From an uncultured bacterium (GTDB lineage: Bacteria > B130-G9), in the NCBI GenBank assembly GCA_965372715.1, contig CBDVDH010000011.1, positions 1 to 64,000 of the forward strand: a stretch of 64,000 bases of DNA. The letters run 5' to 3'. A program made the position numbers and the translations under genes. Positions 29,494 through 41,393 of this stretch are shown in pieces. How positions within the stretch are numbered: position 1 is the stretch's first letter; each line of letters starts with the position of its first letter. The notes under the pieces are model-generated. The model searched no databases and was not told the origin of the DNA. It saw only the letters and a list, made by a program, of their open reading frames with translations.

Positions 29494-30564
29494 TTATACG
29501 TGGAAGCGGAACTGGATGATGTCGCCGTCGGCGACGACGTGGTCTTTGCCCTCGAGCCTGACGAGCTTTTGGGCCTTCGCGTCGCGCATCGAGCCGGCCT
29601 TGACGTAATCGTCGAATGAAAGGACCTCGGCCCTGATGAAGCCGCGGGCCATATCCGTGTGGACGGTGTCGGCGGCCTCGACGGCTGAGGCGCCGGCCTT
29701 GAGCGGCCACGCTCGGACCTCTTCGTCGCCGATTGTGTAGAAGCAGATCGTTCCCGTCGCTTTGTATGACGCCTTGATGATGCGTTCTTGGGCGAGGGAG
29801 GTCAGGCACATATCTTCCATGAACATGGCTCGGTCGTCTTCGTCAAGCTCCAGAAGCTCTCGCTCGAGTCGCGCGCAGAGGGCTGTTACGGTGGCGTATT
29901 TCGGGGCCGTCTGCTCGAACTGGGCTGTGATCTCGTCGAGCCGTGCCGTTGCCGCGTCCTTCTCGTCAACGTTCAGAACGATCAGGAGCGGCCTAATAGA
30001 GAAGAACTCAATACTGTGAATCGGTTCTCGCTCTTCTGGGCGAAGCTCGAGTCGCAACAGGGGCTTATTGCCCTTCAGGTGGCTGAGGCACTTGAGGATT
30101 ACGTCGCGTTCTCTTACGAGCTCGTCGGACTTGGCCTTTCGATACGTGACGTCGATCTTCTCGACACGCCGCTCGCAGGTCGCGATGTCCCTCTCGAGCA
30201 TCTTGTCAAGGAAGAGCATTGTGTCGCGCTGCGCATCTATCGAGTCGAGAATGTGAGGGACGTTCGGGTTCTCGAATCCACGAACTACGAGCGCGAGAAC
30301 GGGTGCGCCCTTGACGGGGTTCAGGCATGGCGTCACTGGGTCTTCGTCTCCAGTCTCGTGCATTTTGGGATCGAGATACTCGATTTTGGCCCGAACCTCT
30401 TTTGGCTTCTGAAAGTCATTGAACAGCCTGTCCAGGCGCTCGTCAGGCACGGGCACGGTGGCGAGGTCTCCCGAACGGGCGTGCGCCCGAGAAGACTGCT
30501 CGCAGACCGCCTCGAAGACGGACGTTTTGCCCACCTTTGGGAAACCGCAGAGTCCGATCCTCAA
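29494..30564 (-). CDS. ychF: YchF-family (Obg-like) ATPase, divergent
   Basis: GFPKVGKT, VPVPDERL, EVRAW, HTDMARGFIRAEV and RLEGKDHVVADGDII. Confidence 0.85.
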   Translation of the reverse strand: MRIGLCGFPKVGKTSVFEAVCEQSSRAHARSGDLATVPVPDERLDRLFNDFQKPKEVRAKIEYLDPKMHETGDEDPVTPCLNPVKGAPVLALVVRGFENPNVPHILDSIDAQRDTMLFLDKMLERDIATCERRVEKIDVTYRKAKSDELVRERDVILKCLSHLKGNKPLLRLELRPEEREPIHSIEFFSIRPLLIVLNVDEKDAATARLDEITAQFEQTAPKYATVTALCARLERELLELDEDDRAMFMEDMCLTSLAQERIIKASYKATGTICFYTIGDEEVRAWPLKAGASAVEAADTVHTDMARGFIRAEVLSFDDYVKAGSMRDAKAQKLVRLEGKDHVVADGDIIQFRFHV

Positions 30565-30575
30565 TCGATCACCCC

Positions 30576-31967
30576 TTACGTGTTCTCAGGTTCTTCATAA
30601 TCCGGATGTCTCTCGGCAGCGCTGTTGGATTCGCCCGCTTGCGCCTCGCCTGTATTCCCCGCCTTGGTCGTTTTTTTGCAGAAGTCGGGCAGCCCAAGCC
30701 AGTTGACAAACACGGCGAGGAGGAAGAAGAGGAGGCACGCCAGGATGACAATGTGCTCCTTTTTCACGCAGGGCGGCTTGTCGATCATGAGGGTCCCGAC
30801 AATGTGACGCATCGTTTCGAGGAGCGTGCCGGCCGAGTGTTGGCACAAGAAGCTGCGGCACGGGACAGATATGCCATTGATCTCCAGTATTAGGAAGTAG
30901 TATCTGTTGGATGAACCGACGATGGCGGGAAACTCAAACACGGCCTTGTGCCGCTTGTTTTCGCTGCCGAGATAAGAAGGCTTGCCCTCCCTTACAACCT
31001 CGTAGTCTTTGATGTCAACGTCGGCCAGCTGCCGGACGGATAGGCCGGGCGGGAGGTTGAGCGATTCATTGGCGGCCCCGCAGTATAGCGCCTCAAAGAC
31101 TAGGTCATAGCGCGCCGGCCTGTAGTTGATCCAGGCCGCTCCGTTTGGCGCCAGGTTTGTGTTGGTGGCGAGGAGCTTTGGCGCCTGCTGCGGATCGCAA
31201 TCCGGCGAAGTGAAATAGAAGCCATATTGCTTGAATCTCGAGTCTTCGATTGGCTCGAAGTCGAAGGTCGTGACTTGTTCATTCGAGATGTCCTTGGCGT
31301 AAGTCTCTCGAGTGAGGAGGTCGCTTTTGGGATCATCCATAGAGAGAAGGTGGAAAATGAGCTTGCATTCGCTTGGCTGCGAGCCACCGCCGAGTATTGT
31401 GGTTACGCCGCAAAGGCCGTTGTCGGTGGCGGCGAACGTCTGACCGGCTATGTGGGCGAGGGGTATCTCAGAATCCTTGAAGACATTGCCCAAGATGTCC
31501 CTGGTCTGTGTCCAGGCAGTTCTTTTTGAGTATTTCTCTTGGCAAACCGCGGCGGCCCAAAAAGTGGACCTTGGAGTCGGCCTTTGCTTAAGCTCGATAT
31601 GCTTGGGCTTTTTCAAGAGCTCATATAGCTTGCATCTTACATCTAGGGGTGCGCCACGTATGAAGGGGGCAACAAGTTGGTCGTCAATTGAGAATGAGAT
31701 TTTGTGAAGGTGAGAATACTCAGATTGGAAGAGCTGACCGAGCTTGCCAGAGAGGTCGCGTGTCCAGGGCAAAGCGAGTGTAGCATGAGGTCCTCTGGGT
31801 GGATAAGATGCTCCGTCGAAGGCTATGGCAGAGGAGAATCCGAACGACAAATGGAACGCGATGACACCGACGCCGAGGGCAAGCGCCGCGGCAAATGCTA
31901 CCCACGCCCAAGTTTTTGACTTCACGACAATAGCAGGCCTCAGGTTGTAAACAAGTTCCGCGTTCAC
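30576..31967 (-). CDS. Hypothetical membrane protein (N- and C-terminal TM helices)
   Basis: Long ORF with two hydrophobic segments. Overlapping ORFs are short. Confidence 0.65.
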   Translation of the reverse strand: MNAELVYNLRPAIVVKSKTWAWVAFAAALALGVGVIAFHLSFGFSSAIAFDGASYPPRGPHATLALPWTRDLSGKLGQLFQSEYSHLHKISFSIDDQLVAPFIRGAPLDVRCKLYELLKKPKHIELKQRPTPRSTFWAAAVCQEKYSKRTAWTQTRDILGNVFKDSEIPLAHIAGQTFAATDNGLCGVTTILGGGSQPSECKLIFHLLSMDDPKSDLLTRETYAKDISNEQVTTFDFEPIEDSRFKQYGFYFTSPDCDPQQAPKLLATNTNLAPNGAAWINYRPARYDLVFEALYCGAANESLNLPPGLSVRQLADVDIKDYEVVREGKPSYLGSENKRHKAVFEFPAIVGSSNRYYFLILEINGISVPCRSFLCQHSAGTLLETMRHIVGTLMIDKPPCVKKEHIVILACLLFFLLAVFVNWLGLPDFCKKTTKAGNTGEAQAGESNSAAERHPDYEEPENT

Positions 31968-32338
31968 AAAATCTTGGCGGACTCACCACTAATACCAAAC
32001 ATATTGAAAGCAGGTCAAATTGATCTCATTCAAATAGAGCGGCGCGTAAGAATCTTCCAACGGATTTCTTGAAAGCTTCCGATTTAGACATTAGTTTAAT
32101 CCCGTGATGATAGCAGCGGTGAATCTCTCAAGTTTGGTGCTTAGTCGTTTTGATATTTCTGCCCGTATCTTCACTGGACTGCTTTTTGCTCGTTGGTCCT
32201 TTTGGGCAGGGGTCTAACCTGCGCAGGCCTTAGTCCCCTTTTACGGGGGGCTTGGGCTACCTCTTTCGGCTGAAGTGATGCAGTTAGTTTTGGTCCTATA
32301 TCTCAGAAACCGTTTCGCGCCTTGGAGGCTTTTCAGAA

Positions 32339-33748
32339 GTGAATAACGTGTGGGTTCGCACTCTTCGACGCGTGAAGCGAATGATAAACCAGCACAGCTT
32401 CGAGACCTGGCTCAAGAGCATGCGCTACAACGGTTACAAAAAAGGGGTGTTGCGACTGACCGTATCGAACGAGTCGCACAAGAATTGGGTCAACGACAAT
32501 TACCTTTCGCTGATACGTGTTGCTGCGAGAGATGTCTGCAAGCGCGACGTTGATGTTCAAATAGAGCTGAATGGCTCCCCCGACCTTGGGCAAGAGAAGT
32601 CGCAGGCGAGGCGGTTCGCATTTCAGGCTCCTTCGGGTCAGATCAAGACAAGGAGAGTGTCGCTTCCTCCCACAAACGGCAGTTTCACATTCGAGAGCTT
32701 TGTCTCAGGCGGGTGCAATGAGTTCGCCCAGGCGGCATGCCGCAAAGTGGCTCAGAGCCCCGCGGCAGCATACAACCCGCTTTTCATCTATGGTCAACCT
32801 GGAGTGGGGAAGACGCATCTTTTGTGTGCGATTGCCCACTACGTCAGGAGCAACCACCAGCAGCTTTCGGTCCTATACCAGACAGGTGAGGATTTCACCA
32901 ACAACCTGGTCGAGTCGCTAGCCACCAAGCAGATGGCGGGTTTCAGGGCCAAGTATCGCTCCTTGGATGTTCTACTCATCGATGACGTTCAGTTCATCCA
33001 GGCAAAGAACAAGACCCAGGAGGTGTTGTTTCACACTTTCAACGCGCTTTACGATCTCGGACGCCAGATCGTCATTTCTAGCGATCGGCATCCTGGACGG
33101 CTGCACTTCGTTGAAGACAAGCTCGTCTCGAGGTTTGGCTCCGGTCTTGTGGTTGATCTAGCGGCGCCCGACATGGCACTTAAAGTAGAAATCCTGCGCA
33201 AAAAAGCCGAGAAGGCGAAGTTCCGTTTGCCTACTGAAATCGCTTACTACATTGCGAGCAGGTCGCCTTCCAGCGTTCGCCAGCTTGAGGGGTTGCTGAC
33301 GAGGGTGAAGGCCTATACCGAGCTGAAGTTCTTACCGGTTACGCTCGAATCGGCAAAAGCGGCGCTCAGGGGATACGGCAATGGCGATGACGGCTCATTA
33401 AACGGCCTATCTGTCGAAGTAATCCAGAGCAAGGTCGCCTCGTATTGCGGGTTGAGACTTGAGGAACTCGTTTCCCGCGATAGAGCCCGAAACGTCGTCA
33501 GGGCGCGGCAGGTCGCGATGTATCTTTGCCGGGAGCTACTCAAGGAGTCGTACCCGAAGATCGGTAAGAAGTTCTCTGGGATGTGCCACGCGGCGGCAAT
33601 TCATTCGTATAAGCTCATTGCGAGCAGATTGAAGACAGACCCTGTTCTTGGACACATCGTTGATGCGCTCAAGAAAGAGCTCAACGGCGCGAAGTCAGAC
33701 GGCAACGGCGACAGGCAATCTCTCATTGGATTGGACGCCAAACTATAA
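32339..33748 (+). CDS. dnaA: DnaA-family replication initiator (probably a paralogue)
   Basis: Domain I (FETW), YNPLFIYGQPGVGKTHL, LLIDDVQF, SVRQLEG and ARQVAMYL. The recognition helix is atypical. Confidence 0.9.
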   Translation: MNNVWVRTLRRVKRMINQHSFETWLKSMRYNGYKKGVLRLTVSNESHKNWVNDNYLSLIRVAARDVCKRDVDVQIELNGSPDLGQEKSQARRFAFQAPSGQIKTRRVSLPPTNGSFTFESFVSGGCNEFAQAACRKVAQSPAAAYNPLFIYGQPGVGKTHLLCAIAHYVRSNHQQLSVLYQTGEDFTNNLVESLATKQMAGFRAKYRSLDVLLIDDVQFIQAKNKTQEVLFHTFNALYDLGRQIVISSDRHPGRLHFVEDKLVSRFGSGLVVDLAAPDMALKVEILRKKAEKAKFRLPTEIAYYIASRSPSSVRQLEGLLTRVKAYTELKFLPVTLESAKAALRGYGNGDDGSLNGLSVEVIQSKVASYCGLRLEELVSRDRARNVVRARQVAMYLCRELLKESYPKIGKKFSGMCHAAAIHSYKLIASRLKTDPVLGHIVDALKKELNGAKSDGNGDRQSLIGLDAKL

Positions 33749-33884
33749 CGGGCGTGACGCTCGAGACTCTGTCTTCCCGCACGACACCGCTCAAGTTCCC
33801 CGGGTGGGGACTTGAGTGAGCTGGCATCCTGTCCGGGGGGCGGCCAGCCTAATGGTCGATTGGCACGGCCGCGACCGGTTTCTG

Positions 33885-34115
33885 GCTTGCACCCGCTGGG
33901 TGCTTTGGACTGCGGTGGCTTGACACCGCTTTGTTACGCGGCGGCTTGATGCCGCGATTGCTTCATTCGGTCGTTGTGACAACTGACGTCTATCCGAAAC
34001 TAGGGATTGAGAAGCGATCTTGGTATGTCGCGTCAAGCCGCGACGATTGAAATCCGCCGCGCGGCGGACGCACTCCAAATGGCCCTGCCCGCAAGGCTCA
34101 ATCTGATTTTTCGGG
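33885..34115 (-). repeat. ~240-bp REP-doublet element, copy 2
   Basis: Its reverse complement matches both ends of 5010-5250. Confidence 0.75.
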
Positions 34116-34261
34116 GCGTCGAGGTCGGCAGCCTTCAATGCAATCCATCGGGCCTCGCGCTGGATGTTGACATTCCGGCTAAGTAGCACTATATAGAAAA
34201 CGCTCTAGGATGATGGCTCATAAGTAACGTTTCAGGAGTGATTTTTGCCCACGGGGGCGCG

Positions 34262-37200
34262 ATGAGCAACAAGGCCAGCTATGGAATCATAGATGGGCGC
34301 TACGAGGTTCTCTCCGAGAGCGGTAAGGGGGGCTCCAGCGTCATTTACAAGGTTTTCGACAGGAACCTGGGGCGCGTCCTTGCCCTGAAGGAGCTTTTCC
34401 TCGGTCAATCTGTGGGTCCGGGTTTCGTCTGGCGGTTCAAGCAAGAATTCATGCTTACGGCCCGTCTCCGGCACCCTCACACCGTCAGCGTCTATGATTT
34501 TGGGGTGAGGGACGAGCACAAGTATTATTTCACGATGGACTTCGTAGAGGGGCGGTCAATCCTCGAATGGTGCGCGAAGCGAGGTCCGGATGATATCGCT
34601 GCGCTTCTCTTGCAGGTTTCCATCGCACTGTCCTACATACACGGACAGCGAGTCGTCCACGGCGACATAAAGCCGAGCAATATCATTGTTCGCTCAAAGC
34701 CCCCAACGGGCGAAAACCTGCCCCTTTCGGGCTCAGACCTATATGATTCTGGCTTTGTGACTCTGATGGACTTCGGTCTGTCGAGCGCGCTTTCGGCGCC
34801 GTCGCTGCGCGTTGGCGGAACGGTTGAATACATGGCTCCTGAGCGATTTGTGGGCTCGGGGGCAGACGTTCGGTCAGACCTGTATTCGCTCGGCGTTCTG
34901 GCCTACCAGCTCTTCGCGAAGGAGCTGCCGTTCTCATCGGACACCATCGAGGGCTATGTTGAGCATCACATGCGCACCGTGCCCGCGTCTCTTTCATCAG
35001 TGGTTCCCGATGTTCCGCCTCTTCTATCGGAGATGGTTGATAGTCTTCTGGCGAAGAGACCGGCTCAGAGGCCCAGCTCGGCATCTACGCTCTGTGGCAG
35101 CTTGGTTGAGATATTGGGTTCTCGAGTGCCCAAGACGTTCGCCATCAGCCCTGATGTTCGACCGAATCAGCTCTTTGGTCGGGACGAAGTCCTCAAGAGG
35201 TCCTTGAGGTTCATTCTGGGTTGGCTTTCGAGTGAGTCCTTTGCACAGATGTTTGACGAGGAGCCGCCATATTCGGCCCATGAGCGCCAGGACAGCTGCC
35301 TTGTTGTTCTGGCACAGGGCACAAGTGGTTCCGGTCGAAGCGCGTTTCTAGAGGCGTTGAAAGCTGAGCTCCAGCTTTGTGAACTGAACACAATGGTATC
35401 CCCTTCAGGTGCTCAAAACCTTGACGCTGCAAGCTTCCTGTCGGCGACGCTCAGAAGCGCCGGGCTTTCGCTCGACCGCGGCGAGGCAGCGGGTTCTGAA
35501 GATCCGGCGCCCACTTCAGCCGATGGCCTCCCGCGCGGCGATTCTTCTGCTCGCCAACCGCTGAATGAACTCGGCGAGTGGTCCGGCGCTTCTCGGCAGC
35601 GGCTCGCGGCGCGATTCGTTGATTGTGTTGCTTCGGCCTGGCAGACCAAGCCGCTAGTGTGGCTGGTGGACGACTTCGATCTCTGGGACGACGGATGCAA
35701 AGCGGCGCTTTCCTTTCTAGTGCGGTCTGCGGCTGCCGCGAAAGCTGGTCGGAGATTGGCAGTAATCTTGACGGGAGGGCCGGCTGCCGATTCGGACCTT
35801 GCCCAACTGTCGGACAGTGTTGTGCTAGAAAAGGTCCAACTCTTGCCGCTCGACGAGTCACAGATTGCCTCGTTGATTGACGCATTATTCATACCGAACT
35901 CCTTCAGCCGGGAAGCCGCGTCGGGTCTCTTAGAGAAGACCGGCGGGCTGCCGATATTCTTGAGCCAGTGTATGGAGTCGCTTCTTCAGGAGGGCATTGT
36001 TTATTTCTCCGACGGCTGCTGGGAGCTGCGAGAAGAGCGTTTTGCCGATTTCTCTGCGCCAAGTAGCCTGGCTCAGGTTTTTGAGTCGAGGCTTTCCCGG
36101 ATTCCTGCTCGAGCGATGTCGATACTTCTTAAGGCCGGGGTCTTGGGCGAGCCGTTCGCGCCCACGCTGATCGCCGATTTAGGCGGGATGTCTCCCCTCG
36201 CGACACACGAGAGTCTGGAAGAGCTCATCAGGCACGGGTTGCTGGTCGATGCGCAAACGGAGAGCGACGTCGTGTCCTATTGTCTGGCGAGCCCTGTCCT
36301 GGGCGAGGTTGTTGCGGCAAGCCTATCGGACGAGGAAAGATGGGCTATACATCGCCTCATCGCTCAGAACTGTGACGCGTTTGCGACGTCGCTTACGACT
36401 GGCGGCTCGGAAGCCGGGCCCGGTGCGGTTGAGCTGCCGCCGTGCGAGCCTGCTCAGCTGAGGGCAACGTCCGCTATTCACGCATCTATTGCTGGCCTGT
36501 CCGACCTGCTGGTCCGGAATTATGAGGAGGGGTGTGGCTTTCTTCTTGGCCGGTTCAGATATGAGGAGGCCAAGCTCATATCGGACAAGATGCTGGCTGT
36601 GGTGAGAAAAGACGCTGAGCCCGGGCATCTTGAGCCAATCCTTCTTAGACTCGGATACCTTAACTTCGTTCTTGGAAATCACGACGAGGCCATCGATGCC
36701 TTCAATGAGGGGGTTTCGCTTGCCAGCAAGCGGGAGGGTTCTCTTCGGGACGAGGTGCTGGCCACGTGCAGACTTGGCGTGATCTACTGTGGCCGCGGCA
36801 AGTTCGATGAGGCTCGAGAGCTCTATCAGGCGCTCATTGAGCGGCTGAAGCTCATGTCGAAGAAGGCGTCAGAGGATGGCGGCGCGGCTCTCAGAGCTTA
36901 CCTTGCGCGTCTTTTTACGTTCCTGGGCCAGACTTTTTTCGCACAGTGCGATTATGACAAGGCCAAATCTGAGCTCACATCTGCGCTAGACCTGGTCCCA
37001 GAATCGGTCTTGAAAGCTCTTTCCGAAGGGGATGATGGTTGTGGCGGGGCCATCGCGGCCGAGTGTGATTATCTGCCGCGACTGTTCCGGAATCTTGCGA
37101 TAATCGATGATACCGCCGGTCGCTATCAAGATGCGCTCAAGCTCAGCACAAATGCAATTCGCGCAGGCAAGCTGCTTGGGGATACGTCTGAGCACGCTCG

Positions 37201-39766
37201 CAATCTCGTTACGCATGGAACCATCAACCAGCATCTAGAGAATTACAAAGAGGCCGAGAGGTCTTACAAAGAGGCGCAGGACTGTTTTGTGAGGGAAGGC
37301 TTCAAAGAGGGTCTTCTAGTGGCGCACAACAATTTGGCGTCGATTCTTGACCTGCGGGGCCGACCGAAGGAGGCGGCGCTGCAATGCACCAAGGCGCTGG
37401 CGATAGCAAAGGCCCTTGGCAACAAATATGCTATGGCTCGGATTCTGCCGCACCTCGGGTCGGCGCTGCTCGAGCAGGGCTGGTTGGGTGAGGCGAAACG
37501 GAGAATCGATGAGGGTCTGGAGCTGTGCGAGGAGAACGGGTTCCGGGAGGCTGGCGTGCTATGCCATTGCTTCAGGATCGAAGCGCTGCTTGCCCAGGGA
37601 GACATTGACGGAGCGAGAGCTTCGGTATCGCGTGCGCTTGAGCTCTCAAAGGAAATCGACAGCGAATACGATTTTCTGAAGGGACAGCTCGCTCAGGCGA
37701 GTGTTTTCAACGCCGAGCAGGATTTTGGGAAGGCAAGCGAAACGGCTTCCGGCGTTCTTGCCAAGGCCAAACATCTCAATCTGATGGACATCGCGTGCGC
37801 ACATCGGCAGCGCGCTGTGGCGGCTTTGGGGCTTGGTGAGTATGACTCTGCGCAGCGCGATGCTTCTAAGGGGCTTGCGACGGCGCGCGGCGCGGGCGCC
37901 ATCCGTGAGGAGGCCCTCTGCCTCGCGCTTTTTTCGCGAGTTGAAGAGGCTAAGGAAAACTGCCCGAAGGCAATTGAGCTCGCCAGCGAGGCGCTGAAGA
38001 TATTTAAGCAGATGGAGGCTTTTCTAAAGATCGGTGAGACCGCTGAGTATCTTTCTGGATTGTTTTTGCGCACCGAGAACCGCTCTGACGCGCTGCTCAA
38101 CCTGGAGCTTGCAAGGGACCAGTTCGTTGGCCTTGACATGAAGGAGGAGGCGGCCCGGATTGATGATAAGATCGAAACCCTGAGATGGGGTGATCGAGGC
38201 GAGGTTCAGCGGGGCTCCCTGGCGGTCAAAGCGCTCTACAAGGTTACCCGTCTCTTTGAGTCGCTGCTTGATCTTGACGAGCTGCTCAACCGGGTGATGG
38301 ATGCGGTCATCGAAATACTCGGGGCGGAGCGGGGCCTGATCATGTTGAAGGACCCAGAGACCGGCGTCCTTCAGACGCGCGTGGCACGCAAAGTTGACAA
38401 GCAGACAATTGAGGACGTCACCCGGATAAGTAAGAGCGTTATTCAGCGAGTGGTTGACCTGGGCAAGCCACTCGTAACGACCGATGCGCAGAGCGATCCC
38501 AGGTTCCACGAGAGCAAGAGTGTGTCGCTTTACGACATCAGGTCGATCGTCTGCGTCCCGATCATCATAAATGGCGAGGTCGGCGGGACAGTTTATGTGG
38601 ATAGCAGCCTCTCGGCGACCGTGTTCAACAAGCAGGACCTATATCTGCTCTCGGCGTTTGCAGCGCAGGCGTCGATGGCGATTGAAAAGGCGATGCTGCT
38701 TGAGGAACTTCAGCTCAAAAAAGAATCGCTCCAGGTGGAAAACATAGACCTGAGGGATGCCATCGCGACTCAGCTAAGTTTCGAGAATATCGTTGGGGAC
38801 AGCGGCCTGATGCAGGATGTATTCAAGAGAATAAAGCAGGTTGCTGATACCCAGGTGGCTGTGCTAATCGAGGGCGAGAGCGGAACAGGAAAGGAGCTCG
38901 TCGCTCGCGCCATTCATTACAATGGCGCAAGGAAGGACGGGCCATTTGTGAAGATAAACTGCGCCGCAATCCCTGAAAACCTGATGGAGAATGAGCTCTT
39001 CGGGCACGAGAAAGGCGCCTTCACGGGCGCAGATGAGCGCAGAATCGGGAAGTTCGAGGTGGCTGACACGGGTTCGCTCTTCCTCGACGAGATCGGAGAC
39101 CTCCCGGTCGGGCTTCAGGCGAAGCTGCTCACCGCAATCGAGAACAAGGAGTTTCAACGAGTCGGTGGAACGCAGACCATCCACGTGAACGTTAGAATCC
39201 TCACCGCAACCAACCGCGATCTTCTAAGGCTCGTCCAGAAGCGGCGGTTCCGCAAGGACCTATATTATAGGGTCAACGAGGTCCCTATTAAGATCGCGCC
39301 TTTGAGGCAGCGCAAAGGGGACATCCTCCACCTGGTTCATCACTTCATCAAGAAGTATACTCAGGACCGTTCATTGCCTGTGACTAGCATCGAAAAGGGC
39401 GCGCTTGCGGTTCTCATGGAGTATGACTGGCCCGGCAACGTGCGCGAACTGGAAAGCGCGGTCAAGCGGGCCTTGATGGATGCTTCCGGCAACAGCCTGA
39501 AGAAGTCCTGCTTCGAGTTCCTGCCTACCGGCGGGTCCGGCTCGCCTGCGTCGCGAAGCGACAAGGTCGCCCAGTTCGTTGACGGGCTCATCGAGGAGGG
39601 GATGACTCTCAAGCGGATGCTGGCGATTATGGAGGAAGAGGTGCTCAGGCGCGCGATTGACACGGAGGGTTGGAGCATAAGAAAGGCCGCTCAAGAGCTA
39701 GGAATATCAAGGAATACATTGAGGAGTAAGCTCGTAGCCTTTGACATCGAAGTACCTGGGAGTTGA
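34262..39766 (+). CDS. Ser/Thr kinase - AAA - TPR - GAF - sigma54 activator (Fis HTH) fusion
   Basis: [14 protein letters not shown] and APE kinase motifs. GTSGSGRS and WLVDD, then TPR-like helices and a GAF (SIVCVP). [28 protein letters not shown] and a C-terminal HTH. Start is either 34238 or 34262. Confidence 0.92.
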   Translation: MSNKASYGIIDGRYEVLSESGKGGSSVIYKVFDRNLGRVLALKELFLGQSVGPGFVWRFKQEFMLTARLRHPHTVSVYDFGVRDEHKYYFTMDFVEGRSILEWCAKRGPDDIAALLLQVSIALSYIHGQRVVHGDIKPSNIIVRSKPPTGENLPLSGSDLYDSGFVTLMDFGLSSALSAPSLRVGGTVEYMAPERFVGSGADVRSDLYSLGVLAYQLFAKELPFSSDTIEGYVEHHMRTVPASLSSVVPDVPPLLSEMVDSLLAKRPAQRPSSASTLCGSLVEILGSRVPKTFAISPDVRPNQLFGRDEVLKRSLRFILGWLSSESFAQMFDEEPPYSAHERQDSCLVVLAQGTSGSGRSAFLEALKAELQLCELNTMVSPSGAQNLDAASFLSATLRSAGLSLDRGEAAGSEDPAPTSADGLPRGDSSARQPLNELGEWSGASRQRLAARFVDCVASAWQTKPLVWLVDDFDLWDDGCKAALSFLVRSAAAAKAGRRLAVILTGGPAADSDLAQLSDSVVLEKVQLLPLDESQIASLIDALFIPNSFSREAASGLLEKTGGLPIFLSQCMESLLQEGIVYFSDGCWELREERFADFSAPSSLAQVFESRLSRIPARAMSILLKAGVLGEPFAPTLIADLGGMSPLATHESLEELIRHGLLVDAQTESDVVSYCLASPVLGEVVAASLSDEERWAIHRLIAQNCDAFATSLTTGGSEAGPGAVELPPCEPAQLRATSAIHASIAGLSDLLVRNYEEGCGFLLGRFRYEEAKLISDKMLAVVRKDAEPGHLEPILLRLGYLNFVLGNHDEAIDAFNEGVSLASKREGSLRDEVLATCRLGVIYCGRGKFDEARELYQALIERLKLMSKKASEDGGAALRAYLARLFTFLGQTFFAQCDYDKAKSELTSALDLVPESVLKALSEGDDGCGGAIAAECDYLPRLFRNLAIIDDTAGRYQDALKLSTNAIRAGKLLGDTSEHARNLVTHGTINQHLENYKEAERSYKEAQDCFVREGFKEGLLVAHNNLASILDLRGRPKEAALQCTKALAIAKALGNKYAMARILPHLGSALLEQGWLGEAKRRIDEGLELCEENGFREAGVLCHCFRIEALLAQGDIDGARASVSRALELSKEIDSEYDFLKGQLAQASVFNAEQDFGKASETASGVLAKAKHLNLMDIACAHRQRAVAALGLGEYDSAQRDASKGLATARGAGAIREEALCLALFSRVEEAKENCPKAIELASEALKIFKQMEAFLKIGETAEYLSGLFLRTENRSDALLNLELARDQFVGLDMKEEAARIDDKIETLRWGDRGEVQRGSLAVKALYKVTRLFESLLDLDELLNRVMDAVIEILGAERGLIMLKDPETGVLQTRVARKVDKQTIEDVTRISKSVIQRVVDLGKPLVTTDAQSDPRFHESKSVSLYDIRSIVCVPIIINGEVGGTVYVDSSLSATVFNKQDLYLLSAFAAQASMAIEKAMLLEELQLKKESLQVENIDLRDAIATQLSFENIVGDSGLMQDVFKRIKQVADTQVAVLIEGESGTGKELVARAIHYNGARKDGPFVKINCAAIPENLMENELFGHEKGAFTGADERRIGKFEVADTGSLFLDEIGDLPVGLQAKLLTAIENKEFQRVGGTQTIHVNVRILTATNRDLLRLVQKRRFRKDLYYRVNEVPIKIAPLRQRKGDILHLVHHFIKKYTQDRSLPVTSIEKGALAVLMEYDWPGNVRELESAVKRALMDASGNSLKKSCFEFLPTGGSGSPASRSDKVAQFVDGLIEEGMTLKRMLAIMEEEVLRRAIDTEGWSIRKAAQELGISRNTLRSKLVAFDIEVPGS

Positions 39767-39769
39767 GCC

Positions 39770-41224
39770 ATGAACCAGAAAGCCCTGGACACAAGATTTG
39801 AGAAGAGTTTCCCACGACTGCCCAGCCAAATATCGATCAGCGCGGACGGCTCCTGCACGGCCGCATCCTTTCCTAGCGGCATCGTTATCCTCATTGACTC
39901 GGACGGCGGCGTGCTGTGGGAGCACAACGTGGGCAGCAGCGCAACAAGTATCGACATGACGCCGGATGGGGAGTACGTTTATGCATCCACTAAGGACGGT
40001 CTAGTCATCTTTGACAGGTCAGGCAGCGAGGTGAGGCGTGTCAAAGAACATCTTCAGAATGCCGTGTTGTCTTCCGATGGCAGGTTCGCGTTCTTGGGCT
40101 CCGAGGACGCTGCCAAACACGTTTCGTCCGTCTCGTTCTACGATGCAACCAGAAAAGCCCTTCTAAAAAGGCAACCGGGCGCCGTGGTCTGGAAGGAGAA
40201 GTTCGAGGAAGCATACCATTTCATGGCCGGCGCTCGCGATGGTTCGATGGCAGTCCTGGGTTTTGCGCGCCGCATTCTCATTATCGACGCTGAGCAGAGG
40301 GTCTTGCTGGACCACAAGACAACGTCGAGCATCAAGGGGCTTGCCGTGCTTCCCGACGCCTCGGCTGTGTTCTTCTCAACGTTCGATGGGCGTGTGATTG
40401 GGCTCCAAATGGACGGAAGCCAGACCTATCTGGCCGAGACAGACGAGGAAATCGCCGCGATTGACTGCGATGCCACTGGCGAGTGGATTCTCGCTGCGTC
40501 GAAAGCAAAACCGGTGCTGTTGTTGCTTGATTGTGACGGAGAGATCGCCTGGCGCTTTCCGGTGCCCAGGCGCCCAATTCACGTTCGGCTCACCGACAAC
40601 GCGTCGCTCTTTGCTGTCTCATGTGCGAACGACGAGCTGCTCGTCTGCAACAACTACTACGTGAGTCCCGCGAAGCGAGTCGAGCGGGCCTTGGAGCTTA
40701 TCAACGATCCTGACTATTCTAGCATCTCTCTCAACGCGCTTGCGCGCTCCTCAACTTTGGGCTTGACCCCTCTGGTCAATGCGATCAAGGACGACACAGT
40801 CTCCGAGAGCAGCCACAAACTGATCGGCAAACTCCCCGAGGAATTGCTCTCTCATTTCGTCGAAGCGATCGTTTCAGATGAGAACCCAGACCGCTTATTT
40901 CGGTGCCTCGCGGTATTCTACTCGCGTGCGTTGCCGTTCCTGTTGCGGAATCTTGGCGACCTCTCGGAGACTAAGAGACGGGACTTCTACGGGCGTCTAG
41001 CGGTTTCTGCGGCGAGCGCCCAGGATGCAAGACTGTATGACCTCTTGGGGCTTCTTCACCTCCGACTTGGCGAGCTCGAGCCCGCCGTCAAGCATTTCTA
41101 TGAGGCGGTCAGGATGCCGGATTGCCCTGAGAAGGCGACAGACCATTTGAAGGAGGCGATTGAGGCGCTCAAGCAATCCAAATCAACTGAGAGCATAGAC
41201 CAGCTGTTCACGACATTTATGTAA
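39770..41224 (+). CDS. Beta-propeller (WD40/PQQ-like) protein with C-terminal helical/TPR region
   Basis: Repeated ISADG/MTPDG/SSDG blades and LGLLHLRLGE..AVKHF. Starts 3 nt after the kinase gene. Confidence 0.75.
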   Translation: MNQKALDTRFEKSFPRLPSQISISADGSCTAASFPSGIVILIDSDGGVLWEHNVGSSATSIDMTPDGEYVYASTKDGLVIFDRSGSEVRRVKEHLQNAVLSSDGRFAFLGSEDAAKHVSSVSFYDATRKALLKRQPGAVVWKEKFEEAYHFMAGARDGSMAVLGFARRILIIDAEQRVLLDHKTTSSIKGLAVLPDASAVFFSTFDGRVIGLQMDGSQTYLAETDEEIAAIDCDATGEWILAASKAKPVLLLLDCDGEIAWRFPVPRRPIHVRLTDNASLFAVSCANDELLVCNNYYVSPAKRVERALELINDPDYSSISLNALARSSTLGLTPLVNAIKDDTVSESSHKLIGKLPEELLSHFVEAIVSDENPDRLFRCLAVFYSRALPFLLRNLGDLSETKRRDFYGRLAVSAASAQDARLYDLLGLLHLRLGELEPAVKHFYEAVRMPDCPEKATDHLKEAIEALKQSKSTESIDQLFTTFM

Positions 41225-41393
41225 GGCGGGTGTGGGGCGGGCTTTCCAGCCTGCCAGAACGAGGGGTCTCACCCGGCGATACGCCAAAACAATGGCATGA
41301 TCGATACGGAAAGCGGGCCAGAAAGCCTACCCCACGCCCCATCGGGACCTTAGTTTATGAATAATCCAGGACAGATACGGAGAGCAACTGCGG

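Noticed and set aside
31970-32338. oriC upstream of dnaA
   Set aside because: AT-richer than the flanks, but no DnaA-box cluster was seen and there is no dnaN context.
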